Of a stretch of 64,000 nt of DNA, positions 1 through 9,169 are shown in pieces (within the stretch, counting starts at the first letter, position 1; each line of letters begins with the position of its first letter). The stretch lies in IMG/VR virus record IMGVR_UViG_3300031565_000002; one strand, given 5' to 3'. A model generated the notes under the pieces. It searched no databases, was not told the origin of the DNA, and saw only the letters and a program-made list of their open reading frames with translations. The position numbers and the translations under genes were made by a program. Source of the DNA: an uncultured virus (IMG/VR IMGVR_UViG_3300031565_000002). Its lineage: Duplodnaviria; Heunggongvirae; Uroviricota; Caudoviricetes.

Positions 1-63
1 GAACACATTTTAATAACTCTACCTTATAATTGTTTAATTTCTTACTCCCGACAAAAATTACTA

Positions 64-146
64 AGACGGTGACAGGGATCGAACCTGCGCCCTTTTACGG
101 GATTACGGATTTGCAGTCCGTTGCCTTACCACTTGGCTACACCGTC
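64..146 (-). tRNA. tRNA-Cys(GCA) with atypical long variable arm
   Basis: Cloverleaf GACGGTG/CACCGTC, loop CTGCAAA, U73, extra CCC-GTAAAA-GGG arm. Confidence 0.85.
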
Positions 147-193
147 ATATGTTCAACTTTATTCACTGTTCATGAATCGTGAACAGGATGAAT

Positions 194-280
194 TGGTACC
201 CAGAAGGAGACTTGAACTCCTATGACCTTACGGTCACATGGCCCTTAACCATGCGTGTCTACCAATTCCACCACCTGGGC
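194..280 (-). tRNA. tRNA-Leu(AAG)
   Basis: Leu-type body, stem CATGG/CCATG closing loop TTAAGGG, CCA encoded. Confidence 0.85.
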
Positions 281-478
281 ATTATTATTCTTTCCTTGAT
301 CCATCATATGAAGCAAATGTTGAATAAGGGTCATCTGAAAAACCCCTTAATCTCCTTCTCAATCTCTTTAACTTTATCATCTTACCTACCTCTACAAGAT
401 CATAAGGATTAACATCAGCATAACTCTTTGCCTTATCCCTTTTCATATAACCTCCTTAAACATCTATAACATAATTTA

Positions 479-556
479 TGGTACCAGTGGGGGGACTCGA
501 ACCCCCGACCTCACGGTTATGAGCCGTGCGCTCTTGACCATCTGGGCTACACTGGT
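479..556 (-). tRNA. tRNA-Met(CAT) (Ile2 not excluded)
   Basis: Cloverleaf, loop CTCATAA, CCA. Confidence 0.85.
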
Positions 557-601
557 ATATTTTAATTACTAGTTCAAGTATCATATAACTTTGAGAATAC
601 T

Positions 602-1168
602 ATGAAAAAATATAAATTAAAATGTATTCATTGTAAAAAAATATTTATTGTACATAAACTAAGAGATTATCATAAAAGAAAGTTCTGTGGAAACTCATGT
701 TCAGCATCTTATAACAATCCTCGGAAACATCGAAAAGCAAAAAAAAGACCATGTTCAGTATGTGGGACTATGTTTATACCACCCAAAAATTATCTCCAAA
801 GAATGCGCTGCGATAAATGCTTCAAAGAAAATAAATTTACAAGAACATCAATAAAACCAAGATATAAAAATTATATAGCTCCTGATATATCAGAAATGAC
901 AAAGGGCAAATTGTTTAAATCAAGAAAATCTTGGCAATCAGCAAGAAGTGCAATAACTATACATGCCATCGTAACATATCATACGAGCAATCAACCTAAA
1001 AAATGTATTATATGCAACTATTCCAAACACATTCATATATGCCACAAAAAACCAGTTTCAAAATTCTCGAATAAAGTATTAATAAAAACCATTAATTCAA
1101 CAAAAAACTTAATTGCATTATACCCTAATCATCATTGGGAGTTTGACCAAAAACTTCTCCAATTATAA
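602..1168 (+). CDS. Zn-finger/HNH homing endonuclease-like protein
   Basis: CxxC pairs and C-terminal CIIC..HICHKKP..NSTKNLIALYPNHH motif; lies between tRNAs. Confidence 0.75.
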   Translation: MKKYKLKCIHCKKIFIVHKLRDYHKRKFCGNSCSASYNNPRKHRKAKKRPCSVCGTMFIPPKNYLQRMRCDKCFKENKFTRTSIKPRYKNYIAPDISEMTKGKLFKSRKSWQSARSAITIHAIVTYHTSNQPKKCIICNYSKHIHICHKKPVSKFSNKVLIKTINSTKNLIALYPNHHWEFDQKLLQL

Positions 1169-1169
1169 A

Positions 1170-1253
1170 TAGCCGGTAGCAGACTCGAACTGCTACGGGA
1201 TTTCTCCCACTGATTCCTGAAACCAGCGTGTCTACCAATTCCACCAACCGGCC
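1170..1253 (-). tRNA. tRNA-Leu(CAG)
   Basis: Leu-type cloverleaf, loop TTCAGGA. Confidence 0.9.
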
Positions 1254-1261
1254 TTAAAAGG

Positions 1262-1390
1262 AGAAGGTCGCTCACAGTAATAACCAGCCGCTTCTGGGTG
1301 GACTTGCTCACCCTTTTACTCTCTGCTGTACCTAAACAAGTCCCCGGCACCAGAGTTCATGAGCTACATTGCAACTGACAGTCACCTTCT
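1262..1390 (-). ncRNA. putative structured ncRNA
   Basis: GC-rich island closed by AGAAGGT/ACCTTCT; internal GGACTTGTT/AGCAAGTCC complementarity. Confidence 0.45.
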
Positions 1391-1406
1391 TCTATAATTT
1401 AATTAA

Positions 1407-1517
1407 AGGTTACCATAAGTGCGCCGATTTCCTTGCGGTCGTCCGTGGTGATTGTCCCTACAATAAGGACTGAAGGGTCTTAGCCACATCGCACATCTCC
1501 ACGGTAGTAGGTAACCT
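1407..1517 (-). ncRNA. putative pseudoknotted ncRNA
   Basis: Closing stem AGGTTACC/GGTAACCT; crossing pairs CCGTGG/CCACGG and GTGCG/CGCAC. Confidence 0.45.
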
Positions 1518-1989
1518 AACCATCTTTTCTTGACTTAAAACTTTTGATCATACTTATAGTAGATTTTACCACACCATAATCATTTGCTATTTCTATTTGC
1601 TTTCTTGAATCTCTCCTGATATCATTAATCTGATCTGTAGTCAATTTACACAAACCACTTCTCTCACCAATTGTACGATGTGCTCTCCCCTTTTTCTTCA
1701 TATCATTCATGTTATCTTGGTGAGTACCCAGAAATAAATGGTCAGGATTAACACATGGGGGATTATCGCAGGTATGACAAACCAGAATCTTATCAGGAAT
1801 AACACCTATCATTTTTTCATATATAAAACGATGAGCTAAAACAAATTTACCATTTCTACCGCCAATTTTAACCCTACCATAACCATCGACATTTCTACTC
1901 CCTTGATACTCAAAACATTCTCCATTAACTTTAATATTAGAGATTATTTTAACAAAAAAATCATATTCTGTAGAAATATATTTACTCAT
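1516..1989 (-). CDS. HNH homing endonuclease
   Basis: AHR..Y, VCHTCDNPPCVNPDHLFLGTHQDNMND motif. Confidence 0.9.
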   Translation of the reverse strand: MSKYISTEYDFFVKIISNIKVNGECFEYQGSRNVDGYGRVKIGGRNGKFVLAHRFIYEKMIGVIPDKILVCHTCDNPPCVNPDHLFLGTHQDNMNDMKKKGRAHRTIGERSGLCKLTTDQINDIRRDSRKQIEIANDYGVVKSTISMIKSFKSRKDG

Positions 1990-2005
1990 AACTTAAACCT
2001 AAATA

Positions 2006-2083
2006 TGGGGGGCCAGACGGGGATCGAACCCGCAACCCCTGGAACCACAATCCAGTGCTCTAACCAATTGAGCTACCGACCCC
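2006..2083 (-). tRNA. tRNA-His(GTG)
   Basis: Cloverleaf, loop TTGTGGT, G-1/C73, CCA. Confidence 0.92.
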
Positions 2084-2370
2084 ATAACTTTCACCCGTCC
2101 ATAAAAGGCTTACATATTTTCCACGCAGCACTCATTTCTCTTCCTGCCATATCTAATGACGTTGATACAGAAAAAAGTTTCTCAGCCAATTTCATTCTTC
2201 CCCTCTTAACATCTGCCGATGCCTGACTTTTAATATCATCACATAACTCATAAATTAAATTGGCTACCTGATCATATGTCATATTTCCAATTTCTCCGGC
2301 AAGATCATGCATGTTCCCTTTAAAGCCTTCTACTTCTCTTGGGTGCTTACTCATTTCTTCTCCGATAATT

Positions 2371-2447
2371 TGGCGGGACGAAGGGGATTCGAACCCCTGA
2401 TTACCAGGTTGACAACCTGGAGACTTAACCGACTAATCGACCGCCCC
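2371..2447 (-). tRNA. tRNA-Asp(GTC)
   Basis: Cloverleaf, loop TTGTCAA, G73, CCA. Confidence 0.9.
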
Positions 2448-2456
2448 GAATGATTT

Positions 2457-2542
2457 TGGTGGGCCGAGGAGGACTTGAACCTCCATACCCCGAAGAGACT
2501 GGATTTACAGTCCAGCGCGATTACCAATTCTGCCACCGACCC
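2457..2542 (-). tRNA. tRNA-Tyr(GTA)
   Basis: Long variable arm, loop CTGTAAA, A73, CCA. Confidence 0.92.
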
Positions 2543-2715
2543 AATAATTTTTAAAAGAGACTCCATCAAGAGTTTCGCTTGAAATGTAGCCCGTGGACAT
2601 AGCCACGGTACGCAGCCGCACGTGAACCTACATCGGACTATATTGATCTGCAGACCTCAAGTCACCAGAGCCATGATAAGTACTATTAAAATATACGTAT
2701 CATCGACACGTATAG

Positions 2716-2738
2716 AAAAACGGGGCCGAAGCCCCGTG
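2716..2738 (-). terminator. intrinsic terminator
   Basis: ACGGGGC-TTCG-GCCCCGT followed by T run. Confidence 0.7.
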
Positions 2739-2827
2739 TTATTTCGATTTCAAACATGTGCTTGTTCATTCTTCTTCAAACCATCAATGTCAAAGAGCGT
2801 TTGCATAAAACATCTCATAATTTATAT

Positions 2828-3020
2828 AAAAAGTAGGCATCCGTTTTGAAAATGCAATGTTTTACCAATTTGACCATCTCCCCATAATTAGAGATACTAT
2901 TATATATCCCTAATGGAGGGGAGACGAGGAATCGAACCTCGAATGGGCTTGCGCCCACTTCATTTACGGTGAAGTGTCTTTACCATGTATGCATCAAAGG
3001 TCGAAGACGCTCTACTTTTT
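2828..3020 (-). ncRNA. scaffold repeat copy 1 carrying circularly permuted tRNA(GTA)
   Basis: tRNA 3' part 2984-2914 ending CCA precedes 30-nt hairpin linker and 5' part 2883-2860; flanked by conserved complementary arms. Confidence 0.8.
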
Positions 3021-3049
3021 ATTTCAAAGATCAAAATTTTATATAAAAA

Positions 3050-3191
3050 AGGTGGTCATCCATTTTGAAAATGCAAGTTTTTTGTATACTAATTGGGAAT
3101 TGAACCCAAGACAGATCGATTCATAGTCGATTGCTCTACCAACTGAGCTATAAGCATTATGTATGCATTAAAGGTCGAAGACGCTCCACCT
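3050..3191 (-). ncRNA. scaffold repeat copy 2 carrying non-permuted tRNA-like (ATG anticodon, no CCA)
   Basis: Same arms; insert 3157-3085 has D, anticodon and T arms and a weak acceptor stem. Confidence 0.75.
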
Positions 3192-3219
3192 CATTTATGT
3201 CAAAGAACAAAATTTATAA

Positions 3220-3398
3220 AAAAAGCAGGCATCCGTTTTGAAAATGCAATTTTTTTATTAAGCTTTTCCCCCATAATCAAGGGTACTATTAAGTACCATT
3301 GATGGTGGGGGAACAGGGAATTGAACCCCGAATCTTTTGGTTATGATCCAAATGCTTGACCTATGTATGCATTAAAGGTCGAAGACGCTCTGCTTTTT
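3220..3398 (-). ncRNA. scaffold repeat copy 3 carrying circularly permuted tRNA(CAT)
   Basis: 3' part 3361-3303 ending CCA, linker 3302-3273, 5' part GGGGGAAAAGCTTAAT 3272-3257. Confidence 0.8.
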
Positions 3399-3411
3399 AT
3401 TTCAAAGATCA

Positions 3412-3497
3412 TGGCGGAAGAGCGGGGGCTCGAACCCCGAAGTCCTTTCGGACGGTAGTTTTCAAGACTACTGGATTACCAATTATCCTACCCTTCC
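3412..3497 (-). tRNA. tRNA-Ser(TGA)
   Basis: Long variable arm, loop CTTGAAA, G73, CCA. Confidence 0.92.
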
Positions 3498-3731
3498 TTA
3501 TATTTTAACACCTCCATTTGTCGCAGTTCTTGCAATCCCTATTGCAAGGTTTTCTTTTGACAATGGCTTTGCCTTTATTCTTCTTTTTTTTCTTCCCCAT
3601 TCTATATTCTCAACTTTCACAGGTTGTCCACCATTACGTTTTCTAAATCCCTGTTTTCTTATTCTTTCCTGTTCATCTAAATGCCATTGTCTTTTACTAT
3701 TCATCTCATACATCGTTAATACTCCAATTTA

Positions 3732-3817
3732 TGGCGGAGAGTGGGAGGCTCGAACTCCCAAGTCCTTTCGGACGGCAGTTTAGCAAACTGCTGGGTTACC
3801 AATTATCCTAACTCTCC
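3732..3817 (-). tRNA. tRNA-Ser(GCT)
   Basis: Long variable arm, loop TTGCTAA, G73, CCA. Confidence 0.92.
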
Positions 3818-3825
3818 GATTAATT

Positions 3826-3901
3826 TGGTGCCACCTTCCAGAGTTGAACTGGAGACACCTGGATTTTCAGTCCAGTGCTCTACCGACTGAGCTAAAGTGG
3901 C
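3826..3901 (-). tRNA. tRNA-Phe(GAA)
   Basis: Cloverleaf, loop CTGAAAA, CCA. Confidence 0.92.
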
Positions 3902-4028
3902 ATAAATTTAATAAGGTATCTACACGTCCAGTCTAGCTGGCTTCCTGCTCCCTACGCACCCATACAATCAACTTGCATGTATGGCCACCCTCGATACCTT
4001 TAATCATTTTTTATTCCTTTGTTAACAT

Positions 4029-4062
4029 AAAAAAAGCCCTACTTCTTTCGAGGCAGGGCTTT
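4029..4062 (-). terminator. attenuator terminator 1
   Basis: AAAGCCCTGCCTC-GAAA-GAAGTAGGGCTTTTTTT; 5' arm also complementary to GGGCAGGG in the leader. Confidence 0.85.
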
Positions 4063-4092
4063 CAGGTCTTATTTATGTGTAGTATTCTCTAC

Positions 4093-4218
4093 TTATCCAC
4101 TTTGACCTTTCACCCTGCCCATCACGAGACTAAAATCTGAGCGCAATGATGTCCATAACATATCCGAATAATGGATATGCGTCAGACTACATATTGCTAG
4201 GGTTTTGAAAGGATTCAT
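4093..4218 (-). CDS. leader peptide 1 MNPFKTLAICSLTHIHYSDMLWTSLRSDFSLVMGRVKGQSG
   Basis: Hand translation; GGAG upstream; overlaps antiterminator; not in ORF track. Confidence 0.7.
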   Translation of the reverse strand: MNPFKTLAICSLTHIHYSDMLWTSLRSDFSLVMGRVKGQSG

Positions 4219-4264
4219 TTGAATTTAATACTCCGGCTAAAATTATTTTTATTAAAAGAGCTTG

Positions 4265-4384
4265 ATTCTATACGTTTTATCAATGCAAGATGAGGTGCTA
4301 GTTTGCACCCCGATATACTGAATCATTTTGCTGTGACACAAATTGTTTTATATATGTATGCATCAAAGGTCGAGTACAGAATTT
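4265..4384 (-). ncRNA. scaffold repeat copy 4 with non-tRNA hairpin payload
   Basis: TCGACCTTTGATGCATACATA ... TTGCATTGATAAAACG arms, outer stem ATTCT/AGAAT. Confidence 0.6.
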
Positions 4385-4443
4385 CGCCCTTGTATATTTA
4401 CACTTTATTATTCTCCAAAAAAATATCGGAGAAATTTAAAAAA

Positions 4444-4621
4444 AGGAAAAACTATCCGTTTTATAAGAGCAAGTTTTTGCTGAACTATGCCCCCGTATTG
4501 AGAGTACCTTACCGAATGATACCCCTAATGGCGGGGGCATGAGGATTCTCACCTCAGACTTCTTGTACCGAAAACAAGTGTTCTGTATGTATGCCCCAAA
4601 GGTCGAGGACAGCTTTTTCCT
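4444..4621 (-). ncRNA. scaffold repeat copy 5 carrying circularly permuted tRNA(TCG)
   Basis: 3' part 4585-4529 ending GCCA, hairpin linker, 5' part GGGGGCATAGTTCAGC 4494-4479. Confidence 0.75.
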
Positions 4622-4661
4622 ATATTTTCAATGAGCACAATAGATTTCTCTATCTGATACT

Positions 4662-4690
4662 AATATAACCCTAAATTTAAAAAATGTCAA
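4662..4690 (-). promoter_or_regulatory. sigma70-type promoter
   Basis: TTGACA-17 nt-TATATT. Confidence 0.8.
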
Positions 4691-4708
4691 CTCTTTTTTA
4701 TAAAATCT

Positions 4709-5011
4709 TTAATTTTTTTTAGATAATTCATCGGAACCGCTCTTCGCGTGATCCATTATATATGCCCCGATCCTACACTCATCTTCACTAAATTCAATCT
4801 GTGTATGGTGAAAACACGGTGTCGTATCATACCAATCTTTATCGTGAATAGCACAAGAATACTCCCCAGGCTTATCTCCAACTAAATGCTTACACTTATT
4901 ACCATCACCGGCATGAAACTTTAAATTACCCTCAACGAACCCTATATCAGGATCGTCAACAATCATTACGCTTAATGACTTACAACAGTATCCACACCGG
5001 AGACAAATCAT
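4709..5011 (-). CDS. YkgJ-like cysteine-cluster protein
   Basis: CLRCGYCC plus downstream C..L, CAIH, C motifs. Confidence 0.65.
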   Translation of the reverse strand: MICLRCGYCCKSLSVMIVDDPDIGFVEGNLKFHAGDGNKCKHLVGDKPGEYSCAIHDKDWYDTTPCFHHTQIEFSEDECRIGAYIMDHAKSGSDELSKKN

Positions 5012-5976
5012 TCTTATTATTCCCTTTCAAGTTCAATTACAGCATGACCATGATCAGCCATTACCCCAACGCAACGATAATTACTTTGGCTAACCTGCAA
5101 TCCGGAATCATCTGTAATTTCAAGCTGCTTAACATCTGCCTGCTCTTCCCAATTGTAAAACTTTTTAAGCTCATCGTGATCTACCCCAAAAATCACAAGA
5201 TGCTCTGTAATACCATTAGAATCAATAACATTTGACGCATGAGCACATTTAAATCTAATAACTTCCATATCTCACTCCATATCCATCATACAACCGGTAT
5301 GAACGGGTACATCTTTAGGTTTACAAGGTTTCCCAGCAGGGGTTTCACATTCCGTTACAATCGTCTGATCAGGTTTAGGGCTTGCCATTCCACATAACCA
5401 ACATTTAGGATTTTTAACACTTTTCTTTGGTTTTCTCCTTAGCCCAATAGCATCCAGCACTTCATCTGATACTATACAATTATGATATCGTTCATCCACC
5501 AAAATGCCAGGGCAACCACACTTACAAGTCCCATAGCTATTAAACAAAACAACTTCTTCACCGCAACCAGAGCACTTACCAATAGTCAATGGTATTACCA
5601 TAAGTTTTTTCTTAGACATAGTACCGTCCCGTTTCACAATCAACTTCAATATTTTTATCATATAAAGACGGATCAATCATCCATTGAAATAAATGGTCTT
5701 TTTCCCCTGTCTCTATTATCTCTCCTGATTCCATAACAGTAATTTCTTTAAGGCAAGTGAAAATCATTGGGCCACCAGACCAAGGGGTATCCTGTACCAC
5801 TTCCTGTAAACGGAACTCCTTATTAGGAAATTCAGGAATAGGCATGTGATATATACTACCTTTAATAATTTCATCAAACATACCTTGGCACATATCATAC
5901 TCTTCAACTTTGGTAGCATTTTCAACAAACTTTAAAGCATACAAATTTAACCCGATATATTGCGTCTCCCTAGACA

Positions 5977-6633
5977 CTAATGCTTATCCTCTGATTTAAC
6001 ATCTCGTTCTTTATGTATAATTTTTACAAATTCAAGCTGATTCAACAACATAACTTTAATATTTTCGTAAATAGATTCCTGTTCTGGAAAAAGTCTTTTC
6101 GCCTTTTTAATCATAGGTAAAATATGATTTTCAGTCTCAATTATATAAGCCAACTGATTATCAGCAGCAAACACATTTACCATAGTCTGAAAATTATTTA
6201 TTCTATCAACACCCTTACATACAGATACTATTGGATTTTTATACATAAACCTGAAATATTCAGTATTAGACACTTTTCTTCCATCAACATTCTTACTTAA
6301 ACTCATAGCAGCATCAGCCATTATATCCCCAAAAAGAGAAGTTAACTCATTACATGATACATCATAATCTTCTGGGGTATCATGTAAAAATATTGTCCCA
6401 TACGTTTCCTCTTTATGAATTAGCAATGGCTCAAAAACTCTAGCATAATGAGCCATAGATAATTGGTGATAAAATTCAGGGGTAAACCCATCTTTCCTTT
6501 TCCCCTTATGAATATTCGATGCATATTCCATAGCTTTAACAGCAGTAAGATATCCCCTGCCAACCAACCAATACCTTAATGATATTTTTGCTTTCTTAAA
6601 AATCTCTAACTTTGCCAACTCTTTTGCGTCCAT
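5977..6633 (-). CDS. HD-domain (p)ppGpp hydrolase-like (SpoT/Mesh1 family)
   Basis: A..YA..H.G.RKDG.P..H, LHDTPED, K..DRI.N motifs. Confidence 0.8.
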   Translation of the reverse strand: MDAKELAKLEIFKKAKISLRYWLVGRGYLTAVKAMEYASNIHKGKRKDGFTPEFYHQLSMAHYARVFEPLLIHKEETYGTIFLHDTPEDYDVSCNELTSLFGDIMADAAMSLSKNVDGRKVSNTEYFRFMYKNPIVSVCKGVDRINNFQTMVNVFAADNQLAYIIETENHILPMIKKAKRLFPEQESIYENIKVMLLNQLEFVKIIHKERDVKSEDKH

Positions 6634-6634
6634 A

Positions 6635-7096
6635 TTAATCTTTTCTCTTTCCCATCATATGCTCAATACCACCATGAGGGTAATACGTAAAAACATTCTT
6701 AAAAGCTTCTCGAACTAATTTCATATTGTCTGCTCCCCAGGGGGGAATATAACTACATATTGCAAAAGTCTCATCCAAATCAAACTCACCTATATGAACT
6801 GATATAAAACTCTCTATAGTCTTTTGATATACAAGACAATTATTAGCCCTAAATTTCTTACAATCAGATACATCAACTGCAATAAACACCTTATGATCCG
6901 TAAAATAAAAAGATTGTGCATTATACGCACAACCAAAATCTACCACCGTGAAATGCTTCGGGATTATCATCGACAAATATTTATAAATATCAGTAAACCC
7001 CAAAAATTGATAATCTATATCACATTCATCCTGATTAAAAACTTGATCCTGTTGACCAAAAGGTATTATTTCAAGCAACTCATGCTTTTCCATCAA
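6635..7096 (-). CDS. SAM-dependent methyltransferase-like protein
   Basis: VVDFGC and FIAVD motifs. Confidence 0.45.
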   Translation of the reverse strand: MMEKHELLEIIPFGQQDQVFNQDECDIDYQFLGFTDIYKYLSMIIPKHFTVVDFGCAYNAQSFYFTDHKVFIAVDVSDCKKFRANNCLVYQKTIESFISVHIGEFDLDETFAICSYIPPWGADNMKLVREAFKNVFTYYPHGGIEHMMGKRKD

Positions 7097-7524
7097 TCCC
7101 TATCTTTCAAAACAAACTCATAATATTTATGCCCATTATCACTCTTAATCCCATCAACTTCAAACCCCATATTTATATAGAAATCGTATGTTCCAAACTC
7201 AAAAAATGATCCTACATGTAGAACCATCTCCTTTCTTTTTCTCCAAAAATCTTTTGCAAATTCAATCAATTCAGTCCCTATTCCCTGATTCCTAAAGGGC
7301 TCATCTACAACTACTGTCTGGATTTGTACGACTTCACCATACCAAGTTATACACATTACACCCTTAATAATATCATCATATTTTGCTACATAACACTGCT
7401 CTAACTTTATCTGTCCCTTAACCCATTTTTCTGTCGCCCAATAAAAATCATCGAAGTCTAATTTTAACTGCTTTTGTATAGAATAAATTTTATCAAGTTC
7501 ATCTTTATTTGCTAATACTATCAT
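7093..7524 (-). CDS. GNAT acetyltransferase
   Basis: VVVDEPFRNQGIGTELI motif A; FY..MGF. Confidence 0.88.
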   Translation of the reverse strand: MIVLANKDELDKIYSIQKQLKLDFDDFYWATEKWVKGQIKLEQCYVAKYDDIIKGVMCITWYGEVVQIQTVVVDEPFRNQGIGTELIEFAKDFWRKRKEMVLHVGSFFEFGTYDFYINMGFEVDGIKSDNGHKYYEFVLKDRD

Positions 7525-8305
7525 ATTGAATCTAGTCGCCGTCTTATGCTGCTACCACTATTTACTTCTTTATTGTCTATCTCCACTTTCTGCTGATTCT
7601 CCATCAAAAATGGATTGAGATTTTCAGGATCAGTCGGCAACTCAATTACCCCATCACCCCAAGGCCATTTACGAACCCATCCAGGGCCTGTATGAAGCAG
7701 CTCTGCAAACATAGTTAAGAGGATCACGATTCCAATAATCGCAAAAACATAAAAAACCCAAATCATATCGAATCCAGTCTGCGTTTAGCATCTGATTTAG
7801 CGTCAGTCAAAGGTTTCTTTTTCTTCTTATTAAATTGGGGGACTTTCAACGTAGGTTTTCTCTGACGACCACCGACACTTCTCTGATCGCCCCTATTCAA
7901 AAATGAGATAAGGACAAATATCATAAAGATAATACTTATGACAATTAATATATCCATCAAATTGACTCCAATCTCCTCATAATTTCTTCTCTGTAAGTTC
8001 CCTTTTCTCTCATAGCATCAATATCTTCCTTACTCGCCCCTTTTATCCACTCTCCCAATTTATTGTCATCTTCAAAAACAGTATCGAAAAAGTGTCTACT
8101 GTTATTATCATAAAATTCGCCACATTCAACCGAACAAACATTAACATTATCACATATCTCCATAGACTCGATATGATTCATTTCCTTTCCACAAACAATA
8201 CATTTATTTTTCATAAAAAACTCACCATAAGCCGGACTAACAAAAACAGTATGAGCACCATTTTCAACAGCATCCATCGCTTCAACAAGATTAGAAACAA
8301 CTAAA

Positions 8306-9157
8306 TTAGTTGTCGGCATCTAACTCTAACGCAGCAGAAAAAACTTTTCCAAAATCTTTATCAAATTGATAATCATCCTTGTCAAGTTCCAATTGAGTTA
8401 TAATAGTATCCATCGTCAAATCACAAAGTTTATCCTTCCAATCAGCAATGAAATAAAATCTCTCTGATTCAGCTATAACACCGAATAAAATAGGGTCTTT
8501 CTTTTCTTCTACAGTCTTCATAACTGATGTGTCATCGGGGTCGGTATGCACAACAACATAACCATCAAAAAGCCCCTTACCTTTTGCCTTATCCATTTTA
8601 GCAATCACTCTTTTAGGAATAAACCTCCCATAATTTTTTATCTTTGTAATTTTTATTATCCTGTCCTTGCACCCATGAACAAATGTCCGCAACGTATCCC
8701 CTTCAATGAATCTATTAAACCCACATGCAGCCATAGTTGCTTCCCTCATAACCCTTAAACACTTTTTCTCAACTTCTTCAACAAGGGCTATCTGTTCCCG
8801 GGGAATACTCTCCAAAATCTTTGACATCTTCTCAAGCTTCCGATACAATCTGTCTGTCTCAAGGACAGTAAACTTCTTTTTAAGAAATCTGAAAATAACA
8901 ATAGGCCCCAACTTTAATCTGTTGGATGGCGATTGCGCCCCTTCCTTACTACCTCTCTTCTTTTTCTGCTTCCTTACTACAAATCCCCTTGAGTTCCCTT
9001 CATAAGGATTCTCTCCAACTTCACCATCACCATAAGCATAAACCATACCACCGGTAGAAGCATTAATAGTAAGTCGATTACTCATTGTTGAACTTGTTGA
9101 ATCAAGGTCTATATAACTTGTTGCTACACCTATACCACTGCTTGCCATATTCATCAC
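8306..9157 (-). CDS. hypothetical protein
   Basis: 283-aa ORF, GGAGG RBS. Confidence 0.7.
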   Translation of the reverse strand: MMNMASSGIGVATSYIDLDSTSSTMSNRLTINASTGGMVYAYGDGEVGENPYEGNSRGFVVRKQKKKRGSKEGAQSPSNRLKLGPIVIFRFLKKKFTVLETDRLYRKLEKMSKILESIPREQIALVEEVEKKCLRVMREATMAACGFNRFIEGDTLRTFVHGCKDRIIKITKIKNYGRFIPKRVIAKMDKAKGKGLFDGYVVVHTDPDDTSVMKTVEEKKDPILFGVIAESERFYFIADWKDKLCDLTMDTIITQLELDKDDYQFDKDFGKVFSAALELDADN

Positions 9158-9169
9158 TACCTCCCGTGT

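Noticed and set aside
2843..2999. Bulge-helix-bulge splice motif as the permuted-tRNA mechanism
   Set aside because: Can be drawn for copy 1 (TGCA helix with TAC and TTT bulges) but the inner helix is missing in other copies, and cleavage there would leave an oversized D loop.
2828..4621. CRISPR array
   Set aside because: Units are paired arms enclosing 60-125 nt tRNA-like payloads, not direct repeats with uniform spacers; no cas genes seen.
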